Origin: Chlorokybus atmophyticus
Taxonomy: Eukaryota; Plantae; Mesostigma and Chlorokybus algae
NCBI GenBank assembly: GCA_009103225.1
Contig: RHPI01001020.1
Location: 68,905-132,904 of the forward strand
Reading direction: 5' to 3'
Length of the DNA: 64,000 nt
The translations under genes and the position numbers were made by a program. Below are positions 12,903 through 26,427 of this stretch, in pieces. How positions within the stretch are numbered: position 1 is the stretch's first letter; the number at the start of each line of letters is the position of its first letter. The notes below the pieces were generated by a model. The model was not told where the DNA came from and ran no database searches. It saw nothing but the letters and a program-made list of their open reading frames with translations.

Positions 12903-15900
12903 ATGGAAGAGAACTCGATGCCCACCTCAAAAGAGGAAAGCTCGCAAAAAGAGCAATTATCCCGTGAGGAGGAGTTTCCATTTATGGAGGATATTTCCAA
13001 CGCGGATGATGCACCTGATGAGTTTCATGCTGCTAAGGATGTGAATGGCTTGGTGGAACCAGACGGGCCACCACCACTACCATTATTTGTGCAGCCTGAA
13101 ATCTTAATTTGCTTGACAAAACAGGAATTGATGAACCACTTTCTTGACACCTATGATGAGAAGCCTCGTGAGGCGGTTGTCTCGCTCGTCAACTTCCTCT
13201 TTCATGTGGCGAAAAAGATCTCAAAGCTCACCACCTTTATGGGGCGAGGTTGGGAGGGATCGATGGGTGAAGGCAAACGTGTTCTGAACATGATCGAGCG
13301 CTTTCAACGCTCTGACAGTGGCCCACCTGTTCATGCGCAAACTCGTCCTACCGAGTTTGTTCCCAACAAGCAAGCGGCAATTTTTGACTAGCTCGTGAAG
13401 CTGAGGCACTATGTCAACTCCCTTCACATTTCTGAGGAGGGGAAGTTGCGTGTAGCTGAGTTGCTGATTTCAAACGATGCTCTGGCAGAGTGGTACCGCC
13501 GTAAGTAACGTGATACGAACCTCGGGCGGGAAGTGAATCAGTTGCGCTCTTTCATGGAGCAGCGCTATGGTGACGCAGACCCTGCCTAGGTTGCTCGCAA
13601 CCAGCTGCACAATCTGCGTCAGAACGGGCGTCCGACTCAGCAGTATATCCAGGACTTCCAGTCTTTTGTCAGCAAGATTAATGCTGGCAAACTACCCATC
13701 AGTGATGCTGATCAGCTGGATATGTTCAGGCGTGGCTTGAACACAGATCTCGTGCAGCATGTGGCCGTCAACCCCGCGAGTTGGCAAGAGCGGGCCTCGA
13801 CGGATTTACCAATGCTGATGCAGATGGTTGTTGCTGTAGACAGTGTGAAGCGCTCTCACGCAAACATGCAAACCACAGCAAAAGAGGCAGCCCCGGCTTC
13901 AGCTGCAAAGCGCCCGGCCACTGAGAACAAACCTTTTGTGAAAAGGGCGAAAACATCTCAGCCTGCTGGCCCCTACAACGCGCCAAATCCACCATCACTT
14001 GCAACTTCTGCAGGAAGACAGGTCATGGGGAGGCCAAGTGCTATGCAAAGCAGAATGCATAGAAGGCCAAACAGCAGAAGGACAAGAAATAGGAATTGTC
14101 CGTGGTTGGTAGTTTGGTCGAGCAACGACTTTAACGACTTTAAAAACTCTGTACTTCTTGATAAAGTTTCTCCTCTTTGTAGTGTATCAGATGTATGGAT
14201 TGACATGAGCACACCACCTGTGTTGACAAATGCAAACGGTTGCGTTTTAATCAATGTTCTATTCTTTGAATTGGTAACTGCTGTTAAGCACTTACACGAG
14301 TTGCAAATACAACATGCTGTCACTGCATGTGTAGTTATCCCTCGATATCATGGCCCGTGGTCGCGATTGTTGAAAGGGGAGAAGTAATTATGCAACTCTC
14401 ACGCAAAAATACAGGTACTTCACCATCACAAGTGATCGTTATCAAGCCTGCTACCAATCACGGCATTCCGACATTAGCTACACTTGATGGTCACTCAGTG
14501 CCACTCAAATGGAGATTTGAGAGTAAACTTATGGGCACACCATGTACAGCATTGATTGATATTGTTGCAAACCATAACTTTGTTGAGCATGCTTGGGTGA
14601 AACGTAACAACATACCTTGAACACCGGTCACGTCGTATGTACGTGCTGCTGGTTCCGCCCTTAATTTACTTGGGGAGGTGAAGGAGCGTTTTGTTATTAA
14701 CAACCACAAGACTCGACCAGCTTTTATCGTGGTGGATTTAGGTATCCCCGGGGTGGATGTTGTTTTGAATGAACAGTGGCACACCGAAGCAGGTTTGCAA
14801 TTGGACTCTCGAGCAAATACATGCACCCTTCGTAGGGGTAAACGTAAGGTGACGTTAACCGCACATGTACTCGCACGTGTTGCTCGTGAGAATGTTCCGC
14901 TCCTCTCTACTATGCAACTGAACCGTTGCATGCGTAAACGTGGAAAAAGTATATTTGATGCACTTACGACAGGTAGAGACACTTGTTTAACAGGCCGTAA
15001 CTGACCCTGTGGTGCAATCACTGACGGAACAATACCCAGATGTATTTCAGGATGAACTCCCAGAGTTGCCTCCTGATAGAAACATACATCATACCATTCC
15101 GTTGGAGGAGGGGGCAAAGCCACCTTGGCGGCCTATCTAAAGGCTCAGTCCCTTGAAACACGTGGAAATGGAAAAATAGCTCAAAGATTCATTCGACAAA
15201 GGTTTGATAACAAAGAGCATATCTCCTTTTTGTGCACTAATTTTGTTTGTGCCCAAAAAGAATGGCAAGCTACACATGTGTATTGATTGCCGTGCGTTGA
15301 ACAAGGTAACCATGAAAAACAGATACCCTTTGCCTCGGATTGATGATTTGTTTGATAAGCTGTCAGGTGCAACAGTGTTCAGCACACTGGATTTGACAAA
15401 TGGTTATCATCAAATTAAAATCTACCCGTCAGATATACAAAAACCTGCATTTCGCACCCGACTAGGACAATTGGAGTATAAAGTGTTACCATTTGGGTTA
15501 ACAAATGCACCAGCTACATTTCAGACAGCAATGAACGCGGTATTTGCTGATGAATTGTACAAGTTTAGGTATATCTTGACGACATTATTGTGTTCAGCAA
15601 AACCCGGGAGGAACACCACAAGCATGTGGAATTGGTTCCAGCTAAGTTACGCGAACACAAATCTTATGCCAACCTATCCAAATGCAACTTTGCAAAGGAT
15701 GAACTGCCTTTTTTAGGGCATGTGATTGGCAAAGAAAGATTGAAACCAGATCCCCAAAAGGTGTGTGCGGGGAAGGATTGGCCACCACCCAAGGATGTAC
15801 ATCAGTTACGTGCTTTCTTGGGGCTAGCCAATTATTTTTGCAAGTTCGTGCGAGCATATTCTAGCATGGCAAATCCTTTAACATCTTTACTAAGAAAGGA

Positions 15901-17922
15901 TGTAAAACTTGTGTGGACGGAGGCACACGAGGTTGCTTTTACACGCATTAAAGATGCATTAACACAAGCCCCCTGTGTTGGCCTTCCCCGACCACACCAA
16001 GCCTTTTGTGGTGATCAGTGATGCTTCCACCATTGGGTGTGGGGCAGTCCTTCTACGGGATGACAGGCCATGTGCATATGAAAGCAAAAAGTTCATTCCT
16101 GCTGAACGTAATTACACAACCACTGAGCAGGAATTGCTCGGGGTGGTGCACGCACTGCGCACATGGCGTTGCTACTTGGAAGGTGTGGAGTTTTCAGTGA
16201 TTATTGATCACAACCCGCTCACATTCTTTCATACGCAACAAAACCTGTCGAGGCGGCAAGCTAGGTGGAATGAATTCATTTCTCGTTTCACTTTCACTTG
16301 GCAATACTGTCCGGGTCGCACCAATGTGGCGGATCCACTAAGGCGTAGCCCTGCTCTTTTGGCACTTACGCGCTCTCGAAGTACGCGTAATGTACAACAG
16401 CCTGAAGATCCTATTCAAAAGGAAGTGTCCACAGGTTATAACTCAGATGATTGGTTTAGCAGTCAAACTAACTTGCAACACTTTACTGGTGTTAGCAATC
16501 TGTGGTATAAAGGGGAGCAGCTGGCAATTCCCAACTCGGGCGACTTGCGTAAGCAATGCTTACATTCGGTGCATGACCCGCCGTATGCTGGGCATTTGGG
16601 GAAACATAAAACACTCAAAGCTGCGCAACAGTTATATTGGTGGCCGTTAATGTCAGCTGATGTGGATCAATATGTTCGCACATGTGGCGTGTGTCAGCGT
16701 AATAAGCCACTACGACTAAAACAAGCGGGATTGCTTAAACCATTGGTAATTCCAAAAAAAAGTGGGATAGTGTCAGTATGGATTTGATTACTGACCTACC
16801 TGAAACAACAGCCAAATACACTGCTATTGTGGTTTTTGTCGACCGTTTGACCAAAATGGTGCATTTTGCCCAGTGTTGCACAACTGTGAGTGCACGGGAT
16901 TTAGCACATTTATTTGTGCCTACGGTCTTTCGAGTTCATGGTGTATCGCGTGAGCTTATCACAGATTGTAATCCTCGGTTTGTCTCCAAGTTTTAGAGAG
17001 AAGTTTGTGAATTGTTGGGGGTAAAACAAAGCATGTCAACTGCTTTCCAATCGCAAACAGACGGACAAACTGAGCGAGCAAATTAATACTGGAAGAAATG
17101 CTTCGCCACTATGTGGCTCATAACCGTGCTGATTGGGATAGGTACTTGCCAATGGCAGAGTTCGCTGTGAACAACGCGTGGCAGGAAAGTGTAAAGGAAA
17201 CCCCATTTTTCTTGAATTATGGGATTCGCCCGAACACATCAGCGTCATTGCGTGTACCTCGCAATGCCCTAACTGTACCAGCGGCAAAGGAATTTGCCAC
17301 TGATATGCAGGAAAATTTAGCTCGAGCCAAGCTATGTCTGTCAGGAGCACAGGACAGGCAAAAAGCTTATGCCAATACACATCGAAAAATGGCCACTTTC
17401 GATGTCGGCGATAAAGTTTTGCATAACGCAAAGAACATAACCATCAAAGGTACTCGTGCTCGCAAGTTGCTGCCCCGATGGTTAGGTCCTTTCTCTATCA
17501 CTCATAGGGTTGGTACGCACGCTTATCGACTGCAATTGCCCCCAAGTGTGCGTATACACAACGTGTTCCATGTGAACTTGAAACCCTACCGCTCAGACGG
17601 TAGAACACAGCCTCCACCATCGCCAGTTGAGGTGGACAGCGAGCTCGAATACGAGGTAGAAGCTATATTGAACCATAAGCTAAATAGTCGAGGACGCGCA
17701 ACTTGCTATTTGGTGAAATGGAAAGGGTATGGCCAAGAACATAAAAGTTGGAAGCCCGACAGGCATCTTACGCATTGCCGCGAGTTGCTTCGAGCTTATT
17801 GGGATTCACCCTGTCACGTAAACTGTGGGCTTGGTTTTATGACAGACTGGCAGTGCAATTTCATTACCACCCTGTCATTTCCTGCTATCTCACTAGTTAC
17901 ATTTATACAAAACGAAGCTTGA
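12903..17922 (+). pseudogene. Chromovirus gag-pol (PR, RT, RNaseH, integrase, chromodomain) with stops and frameshifts
   Basis: [31 protein letters not shown]; RH VISDAS..GCGAVL, DHNPL; INT HDPPYAGHLG, MDLITDLP, VFVDRLTKMVHF; chromodomain EYEVEAILNHK..YLVKWKGYGQEHKSW. Confidence 0.93.
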
Positions 17923-17973
17923 TCAACTTGAGTTCAACGAGAATGTTGAAAACCTAAGTGGGGGGGGGGGGAA

Positions 17974-18493
17974 TGTAATGGGAGCAATCATAATAGGGGT
18001 ATTATTGCTACCTAAATAACACATTTTGTGTGAATAGATATTTAAACATGCTTATTTATACCTCTTTTCTACGGTTCCTCGCTTATTAAAAGCTATAATG
18101 CTTTATCATAGTGTAAATAAGTCCCAATGGGTGTAGAACCGCTTATTCAAGCCTATTTAATGTCAAATTTGATAAAATGTTGTCACTATCTCGATAGGTA
18201 CCTTACGATAGGTATCTTTCGACAGGTACCTTATTGATAGGTTCCTTATCTGAGCTGTGATTGGCTCACGCTACATTTCGTAACTACCCCATCTGTAGGG
18301 TCGATGTCTAGTTGTGAGTTAATTATCGAGAGGTATACATTTGATATACTCTTAATATAAAAGGTCACATCAAACTGATGTGAGGGACTTTCAGTTCTCT
18401 GCTCAGTGGCGGCCACGCCGCTGAAAAGCTTGTCATAGGCGGTGTGGGTGTTGGGTTAGAGGATTGAAGGGGCATCGCCGGCGACGGTTACAT
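17974..18493 (+). repeat. 3' LTR (520 bp)
   Basis: Direct repeat of 11517-12041, preceded by the polypurine tract. Confidence 0.95.
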
Positions 18494-18615
18494 CATCCGA
18501 CACAATAGTAGCCACTGTGTACGCGGCACACTCTCTTGACGGGTGGGTACAGGTACACTACCAAATGTCACAGTCGGTACACAGTGTTACACTGGGTAGT
18601 ACAGACTGCAGTCTA

Positions 18616-19086
18616 CAGTCTACCCCCCTTAGAAGACTTCGGTTTAAGAGAATAACCCTGTCAACATCATAGATTTGCAAACGACAAATGGTTTTACACG
18701 CAAATATCACTAGATAGTGGAATAGTCTTGTCCGTAATAAGACTAACGCAAGGGCCTAAAATCTGAAAAAGGCTCAGTGTTGTAACGGGGGAATACCTCG
18801 CTCATGGCATACAGATTTCTTATTATTAGCATAAGTATGTTACGAAACGCATATATAGTTTCATATATAATAGGTTTGATGATGACTATTTATCAAATCT
18901 CATTGTGCCACTGACATATGCTTATAATGACGTAGCTTACGGTTATTACACAATACTCATGTTAGTGGAATATACATTTTGTAATAATACAAGAATATAT
19001 ACTCTTAGTTAGCGCAAAAAGAATACCCCCGTTTTTGAAATGCAAAGCTAAAAGATAAACGTGATTCTTATATCGGGGGTTGGATG
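18616..19086 (+). mobile_element. Non-autonomous TA-flanked MITE (Tc1/mariner/pogo-like ends)
   Basis: TA|CAGTCTACCCC left end, degenerate right end gggggttggatg|TA; colinear with the reverse complement of 59263-59782. Confidence 0.7.
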
Positions 19087-19295
19087 TATTGTTGTTGCTT
19101 CTTATACGCGTTTGCACATTGTGTGCACACGATTTCTTATGCTAGTTTAATGTTGCAGAATCCTTGTATCGTGTTTGAATAATAAACAACCAAGGACAAG
19201 CCACAAAATAGTATGAATGCCATTGATGATGGTCCATTACTACCATGGACCATTATCAATGGCATTCATACCACCATTACTAATGATGGTATGAC

Positions 19296-22200
19296 CAGTG
19301 TGGGTGGTACACAGCTCGGACCATTGGTACGTGGTACAGGGTTCAGGGTACACGTGGTACATAAGGGTACACGTGGTACACGCGTTTTTTGACTGTTTTA
19401 GTAGCAGAGTGCATGATTTTGCGCTTATAGCGTGTATAATGAGTTGATTGACACTGTTTGGGGTTGACATGCAAGCTCGTTTGATGCATATAATGTGTAA
19501 ATGACACTTGCACAAGAACGCACCATATACTTGCCTACAAGTGTACGCCTAATCAATACTATTGAACCTACTCAACATGGCGACCTTGTCGAAGCTATTG
19601 CTGCCGACATGTGCACCAATGCGCACATTGTTGCCTGCCTGCAATGTGGGAACATACCCTGGCGTTAGAGTCGGGTGATCCAACACAAAGCTATCAAGGA
19701 ATGCACTGTCCAAGTCTGTGGTGTACTCAGCAAACTCAGTATCATCAATTCCTTTGCACATCTCATTCAGAGCTGACTCTAGCTCATCAGCGTTGGCTGC
19801 ATCTTCAGGGTCATCATCTTCAATTAGAGCAGACTGTGCCCATGCACCATCGTCGGATGTGCCAGTCGTGGGTGCTGCTGCTGGCTTCGCAACTCTGCAA
19901 GCATAACACTTACTTACAACTCCCCATTACATGCATGATGCATAGCACTATCTCAAGCACTTCTCACTTGGGAACAAGGCGTTCATGATGCATCTTGATT
20001 GTCGTCAACATGCCAGTGGTTTCAGCTTTCAAGCGATTCCTTTTATCGTTGTGGAACCATCCCATGAGGGAGAATGTTCTTTCTGGAGCAGCTGCATGAG
20101 GCACGATGTCATGTAACACTAGTGCCAAAGTGATGATCTCTAATGGTTCAGAGTCAATACTCTGCCACCAGGCCTTGTGGTTGAAGGTTGCGCCTGCACA
20201 TGGCATGTTGAAAGGGTGCAGAGAGTTCTTGTACTCTTGCATATGACCAAGCAGACGCTGGCACTCTTGCTCGCTATGTCCTCTCTTTTGCATCACATCC
20301 AGAGCCTGCCATGTGCCATGCAATGTGCGAGTGAGAGACGCGAGCTTGAACAGAACAGTGACTGTGATACACGCGTGCGCACGCGCATGTCAAGCCATTC
20401 ACGTGCATACCGTTGAAAGCAATTGTTGAAACTTGCCGCGCGTGTCTGCTGCTCCTTTAAACCTCGGGTCCAGGAACAAAGCCAGCCTTGAAAGCGACGT
20501 ATCCATCTCCTTCACGCGCGTGTTGAACGCGCTGATCAGGTGTTCCTTGAAATCAGCTGCACACACACATGTGTTAGGCTTTGCATATGGATCCCTGCCT
20601 TCAAGTGTAGACAATGCATGCATGTACATGCACCAAGACAGTGCTGCTACCTTCAAGCGCACGTGATTGAGCTTTAATCTCCTTGGCAAGATACAACCAG
20701 TAGCGCGTGACGTCGGCCAATGTTGCTGTCTCTGCTTGAATGGCCATGATAATTTCAGAGAAAGGTTGCAGCAACTTGACAATGATAGCGAGCTTGAACC
20801 AGAACTCCCTATCACTAAGGATGCGCAACACGGGTTTGGACTTGATGTCTACAGCATAGCGCCTCTGAACTAGCTGCAACGCAGGCTCCATGCGCAGCAC
20901 CGATTCCAAACACTTGTGCACGGAGGTGAACCTTGTCTTGTTGGATGACAACAAGGTTCCTGGAATGTCTTGGGCTCTCGCCGCCTCTAGTAACAAAGCT
21001 AATGGCCTATGAGATGCTCTGAAGTATGTAACAATCTTTTGTGCCTCGGTGATAGTCTGCTTGGCCCATGGATGGGATGCGCATGAACCCATGGCCAAGT
21101 AGAAACCATGCATGTAACACCTGTAGGAAAGAGAACCAAGTGCATACACAGCCAGCAACAAGTGAGAGTGATGCAAGACATGTGTGCTTACCTCAACTCA
21201 AGGATGTGCGTGTAGCCGCTCTGCGCGACAAGAAGTCTCCGCGCTTTGACCATGTTGGCAGCGTTGTCGGTGACCAACGCCACAATCTTGGTGGCACCTA
21301 TGGCATCAATGCACTCTCGGAAAACACCTGCATGCACCCAACCACTCTTCAACAACACAACATAGCCAAGTAACAGTGCCAGCAACAACAATGCATGCAT
21401 GTCACCTGCTATGTAGTCAGAGGTGTGGGTCTCTTTTGAAAGCACCAGCACGCGCAGCAAGTGCGTGCTGCGGTTGGCGAAGATCACATTGCAAGCATAG
21501 ACAGACTCGTTGTTGATATTGCTCCACCCATCAATTGTGATTGTCACTGTTGTCTCATGCTTGAGACGCTCGTTGAAAGCATGCACAACGTGTGCATGCT
21601 CTTGATTCAACAGATACATGCGCAACTTGGAGTAGCCTGTAACATGAGTAGCTGGGTGGTCATGACATGCACAAGCTCAACTACGCAACCGATACTCTGC
21701 ATGTCACTTACCAGGAGGCATGTAGCGTGGGCGCAATGTTTGAATCAAAGACAACCAGAATGGGCTTTCAGCAACACGGAATGGAATGTTGTTCATAACA
21801 AAGAACAATAGCACTTTCAGATCAAGCTCTTTCTCTAAAGCTGGTTGAAGAGCAGCACCCTCAAAGTGATGTGTGAGCTCCTGCTGCTCCTTGGCACGTT
21901 TGCGTGGTTGAGTAACAGGTGTGCTAAGATCAACTCTAGTTGATGCAATCAACTGTACAAGGTTGTTGCGAAGGCCGGCAGGGACACTGCGACACTCTGT
22001 GGTAATGTGTCGTTGCAGGGCAGGGATGCGAGCATCGTTGTACTTGCGCTTACAGTAAATGCACTTAGCCCCATCTCTTCTACTAGCCAAACCATCTCTA
22101 CCATGCAACACTTCAAAGCACTGCCAAACAGAATTGCGAGGTGGTCGCCCTCGTTTCTCTGGTATGCTGACACTCACCATGCCAGCTACATCATCTATAT

Positions 22201-22565
22201 CATCTACATCATCGTCACTCATCGTGCTTGCTGCTGGCTTGCCGCCAGGCCAGCACTGCACTTACTTGTTGAGCACAGCGGCGGCGCCGCAGTCAACCTC
22301 ACGCTTCTTGTTCACAGCAGCATACCCTTGTCAAGGAGCCCTTGACCACCATGTATGTCAAGCCCATGCACAGCTACCTCCTCGCCGCCGTTGCTGCTGC
22401 GCTTCAGCTGCCCAAGTTAGGGTTACACAGCCTAACTCGCGTCGCAGCTAACCCTAATTTTGCGTCATGTACCATCGCGGTACACGATGGCTGCTTGGTA
22501 CACTGGGTACGTACCTTGTGTACCTGTACCAATGGTACACTCTGGCCAGTGTACCACCCACACTG
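19296..22565 (-). mobile_element. hAT DNA transposon, 3270 bp, apparently intact
   Basis: Perfect 17-bp TIRs CAGTGTGGGTGGTACAC / GTGTACCACCCACACTG; perfect 8-bp TSD GGTATGAC (19288-19295 and 22566-22573); GGTACAC subterminal repeats. Confidence 0.97.
19549..22261 (-). CDS. hAT transposase, spliced (BED finger, DDE core, C-terminal dimerisation domain)
   Basis: BED W.CF...C.YC...L.RH...C; catalytic IDGWS, VTDNAANM, AAPERTFS; TRF and FLDPRF motifs; GT-AG introns; no internal stop seen in the exons read. Confidence 0.92.
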
Positions 22566-22657
22566 GGTATGACCCCGTTATGCTACAATAGCTCACTTCT
22601 ATTGTAAGCTATGCTCACTTTGAGCAATGCAATCACGTGCAAACACACAACTGCCAC

Positions 22658-23094
22658 CTGTCATCAGGTAGTAATATACAATAACTCTGCAGCAGCCCCA
22701 CCAATAATGTTCACCATCTCATCTAATGTTGGCACGCACAAACTCCAATCTTCGTTTTGTACCACTGTGCCACTTTCGGGGGTCCAAGGTACAGTACTGT
22801 CACACTAATGTACCTGATCACAATGGATCATTATTGGGGGTGCACCGCATACACGGGTAGCCAATCCCTATACAGAACTGTCATCAGGTAGTAATATACA
22901 ATAACTCTGCAGCAGCCCCACCAATAATGTTCACCATCTCATCTAATGTTGGCACGCACAAACTCCAATCTTCGTTTTGTACCACTGTGCCACTTTCGGG
23001 GGTCCAAGGTACAGTACTGTCACACTAATGTACCTGATCACAATGGATCATTATTGGGGGTGCACCGCATACACGGGTAGCCAATCCCTATACA
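22658..23094. repeat. Tandem duplication, two 217-bp copies with 220-bp period
   Basis: 22658-22874 and 22878-23094 appear identical. Confidence 0.9.
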
Positions 23095-23446
23095 TGCAAA
23101 TCCCCCCCTGCATTTCTTTCTTTACGCGTTTTCCTCCTATATACATAGATGTGTGTTTTTTTACCAAAGTGGTCTATGCATACAATGTGCGCATCTGCGC
23201 ACCGGCTCTTGGCTATGCTGAAATCTCGGCTTGCCACATAAGCCAGGCACAACCTCGCATTGCATACTCTGTACATTTGCGCTGGTTGTGTAACAACAGA
23301 GATACAAGCGGTTGATTGTCTACCCTACCACATTGCTACATATAGCTAACCATAATGACCACACATTGTAGGGAGCGACACACAATTGCCAGACAAGCCC
23401 AGTGTGGTGGAGTCAATGACTCGCTGCGTGTCCTTCATCTCTCACT

Positions 23447-26427
23447 TTAGACAATGAGCTCTACCGCCTCGCGCACCCGGGCTTGATCACTTACCGACAA
23501 GTTGCGCAATCCATTGATGGATCGCAGAGAGACACCGCCTCGCAGCTGCAGGCAGTGGATGTGATGGTGCGTAGGAGGATGGCCCTGCACATCCAAGTAT
23601 GGCACAACAGTTAGCACCAAACAGCAGAGACACTCAGCACAACTTCTCCTCCCCTCTTAAGGAGTTTGGGGTAGGTTGACTATCAAAACCACTATCATAG
23701 GTGTTAAGAGCATGCAACGATCACATACATCACAGGCGGGCGCATCTGATGCTGCACAACATGTACCAACCTCAGGAGCTACGGTAAAGTATGGCTGCCT
23801 TGTTAGTATGTGTGCATGGCAGGTGTGACAGGGGAATCTTCCATTGCGGGCATATTCAACCTGCCAGTGGAACACCATTGTCAATAACAATACGGTTAGG
23901 TGATGCAGGCCAGACTGCTGATGATGCTAATTTACTCACCGAATAAGTGCACCGCCTTGACGACCCGGCGCCGCCAGCACTCTGAGGTCTTCGCTGAACA
24001 CGTGGCGGTGGTACAGCATGCTGCCTCTCAGATGGAGGAAATAATCCTAGCGGGAGGTGTTGGAGCATGCGCAATACATGTGAGGGTGATGGAGCTGTCA
24101 TGCAGAAGACGCTGTTAGCATGCAAACAGAAATCACCACGAATGCTGCATCACAAAGAATGTGCTCTGACTATCCTGTCACTTTGGAGAGGATGACCAGG
24201 TCACAACTATGACATGAACTAAACTACTCACCACGGAGATCTGACATGTGGATGACATGGGAAGGGTAGTGTCCAAAAGGAATCTCTGTTCCCATGCGCG
24301 GGTGGTGGTGTCTGCTGCGAGGTGATTGTCGCTTCTTCATTTGCTCAAACACCTTCTTCCGCCTTTCGCGTTCTGCCCTTTCGGCATCCGTCATATGCTG
24401 CAGCACACGTGTGCTGAGAAGGCTGGCGTAGCCTCGAGGCATAACGTTCACACGATGCAAAACCAAAGTACTTACCGATGCCATTCGGTCAATAACATTA
24501 TCAATCGTCCTCACAGCAACGGGAGGGCCAGTGACTCTTTCTCGGCAAGTTGGGCAGGTGTCATTCTTATTTAGCCAGGGTGTGATGCAGTCGCCACAAA
24601 CTGCAAACAAGAAGGACTGAGCACGCAGGCAGCAACCATTGACAACATACACAGACAACAATCTGTCAAACATGACAAGGAAAGGACATATGGTACGTAC
24701 ATGTGTGTGAGCACGACAGCGTGTGTGCTGCAATGAGCCACTCCCGGCAGATGACACACTCAAATTCTTCGCCCAAAAGCTCCATGGCTGTATTCGTAGT
24801 ATCCTCCTTGCGTGGTTCAGTTGCGGACGCTGGTACCTATTGAGGTACCAACATAAACGTGGGGTCAACAACCTAACACAAAACACCTCAACAGAGCACA
24901 GTTGCCCGCTGCAGTGACAACCACAAACCTCACATTAACTACTGCCCGGCTTACCGTGGCATCCTGCTGCCTTGGTCGTTTAGGTGATGAGAGAGTCAAA
25001 TCCTCTTCTGCCCGGTTGCGCTTGCGGCGTGAAGCTGCTGCCTTATCAAGGTCTAGCAGAGTGGCTTGTTGCAAGCCAGGGCGTGCATGTCGTTCCCGCC
25101 AAGCGGAGGACGGACCAGGCTGTGCCGCGTGTGGCACGGCAGGCGGCTCTGCCGTGAGGTCTACTGTGCGTGTCGATGCAGCCTCGGGACCTAAAACTTC
25201 GGCATCATCGGTGAGATCTACCACTAGATCGACAGCCCTGCAGCTGCTGGAGTTGCCCCTTGCATCCACTGCTGAGAAAGACAGCTAGCATTAAAACCAA
25301 ATGCATGAAGAACATAAAACACTGACACAATACTTGGACAGACAACAGCAGTGCAGATTCTCTAGTTCACCCTGGTTAGCATGCAGCAACTGGTTCGTCA
25401 AACGAGTTCAGAGCTGGTTCCCCAATGGGCAACCAAGTAAAGCTAGTCAACCAGGCAATATAGGCCAATAGGGCTGCAACTATATGATGTTACTGACCTG
25501 TGGCCTTGCCGGGACGCTGAATGCGGTGACCTGAAGCACTAGCCAGCTCAGCGGCATCCTCCGGGCTGCTTTCTCGTCTCACAAGTTGGTCAGAAGCATC
25601 GGCTTCAAACCGGTATATAAAGGGGTTGCAAAACTCTCCACCCTCAGTGTTAATCAACACCTGCACAAAAGGGTCAGTCACTTCACCAGCTCGCTGGCTG
25701 TGTGTGGATGTTCAGTTTTGAACTGATGTATAGCGCACTGTTTATTTCTCTTCACAACGAAAAGAGAATGCCAAGCAAGCAATCAAACCACAAAGACTGG
25801 TCTGAAACACCACATTCTAAGAAGGCGCAGCACCTGGCACGCGAAGATACATGCACAGGCTGGTTGCAATGTGTAAACAACCAACCCTGTGCATGCATAT
25901 ACGCAGGCACGTAGATGCATGGTAATGATGACGAACCTGTGGACCGAAGGAGACTATGTCGCCATGGTTGAGTACTGTGGGCGAAGAAACGCGCCCGTTA
26001 TTAACAAAACAGCCGTTGAAGGACTGTTGATCTTCTAACACGAACTGGCCCTCATGCCGCCTCTTCACAACAGCGTGCTTCCTGGACAGCAGCGCCGGAG
26101 CCTACACCAAGAGCAATTCGTCAACGTCACAATAGCATCAAGCCACGTAAACTAAACACATGCTCGTGACAATCTGACGAGAACGACAAACGTTTGCAAG
26201 TCACAAATTCCAAGGTTAAGATTGTCATCAACGACATCAAAGCACATACAACAGCAGCTAGGGTTTCCTGTAACGTTACTTACGGTAGCGGAGCTGAGCC
26301 GAAGCTGGCAGGAGGGGTTCCTGCCAATAGAGACGCTGTTCCCGTGATCGCTGAGCCTTACAAGTTCCGGGACGCCGCTTCCACCAGCAGCCGCAGCGCC
26401 TTCCTGCTGCCGGAACAGCCGCAGCAT
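23447..26427 (-). CDS. CHFR/RNF8-like E3 ligase: FHA + SIM cluster + C3HC4 RING + PARP-type zinc finger, multi-exon
   Basis: FHA SIGRNP...LSRKHA...DQQSFNGCFVNN; SIM-like VDLVVDLTDD and TVDLT; RING ECVICREWLIAAHTLSCSHM/FCGDC..WL..CPTCR; zf-PARP VEYARNGRFPCHTC...HIHC...INGLRNLSVSDQ; TAA at 23447-23449. Confidence 0.8.

Larger units (their letters stand above)
11517..18493 (+). mobile_element. Full-length but decayed Ty3/gypsy chromovirus
   Basis: Two TG...CA LTRs; 5-bp TSD gcatc/tcatc (1 mismatch); PBS-like tggtatccaggagc at 12043; PPT aagtg(g)12aa before 17974; gag, PR, RT, RH, INT and chromodomain recognisable. Confidence 0.95.
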
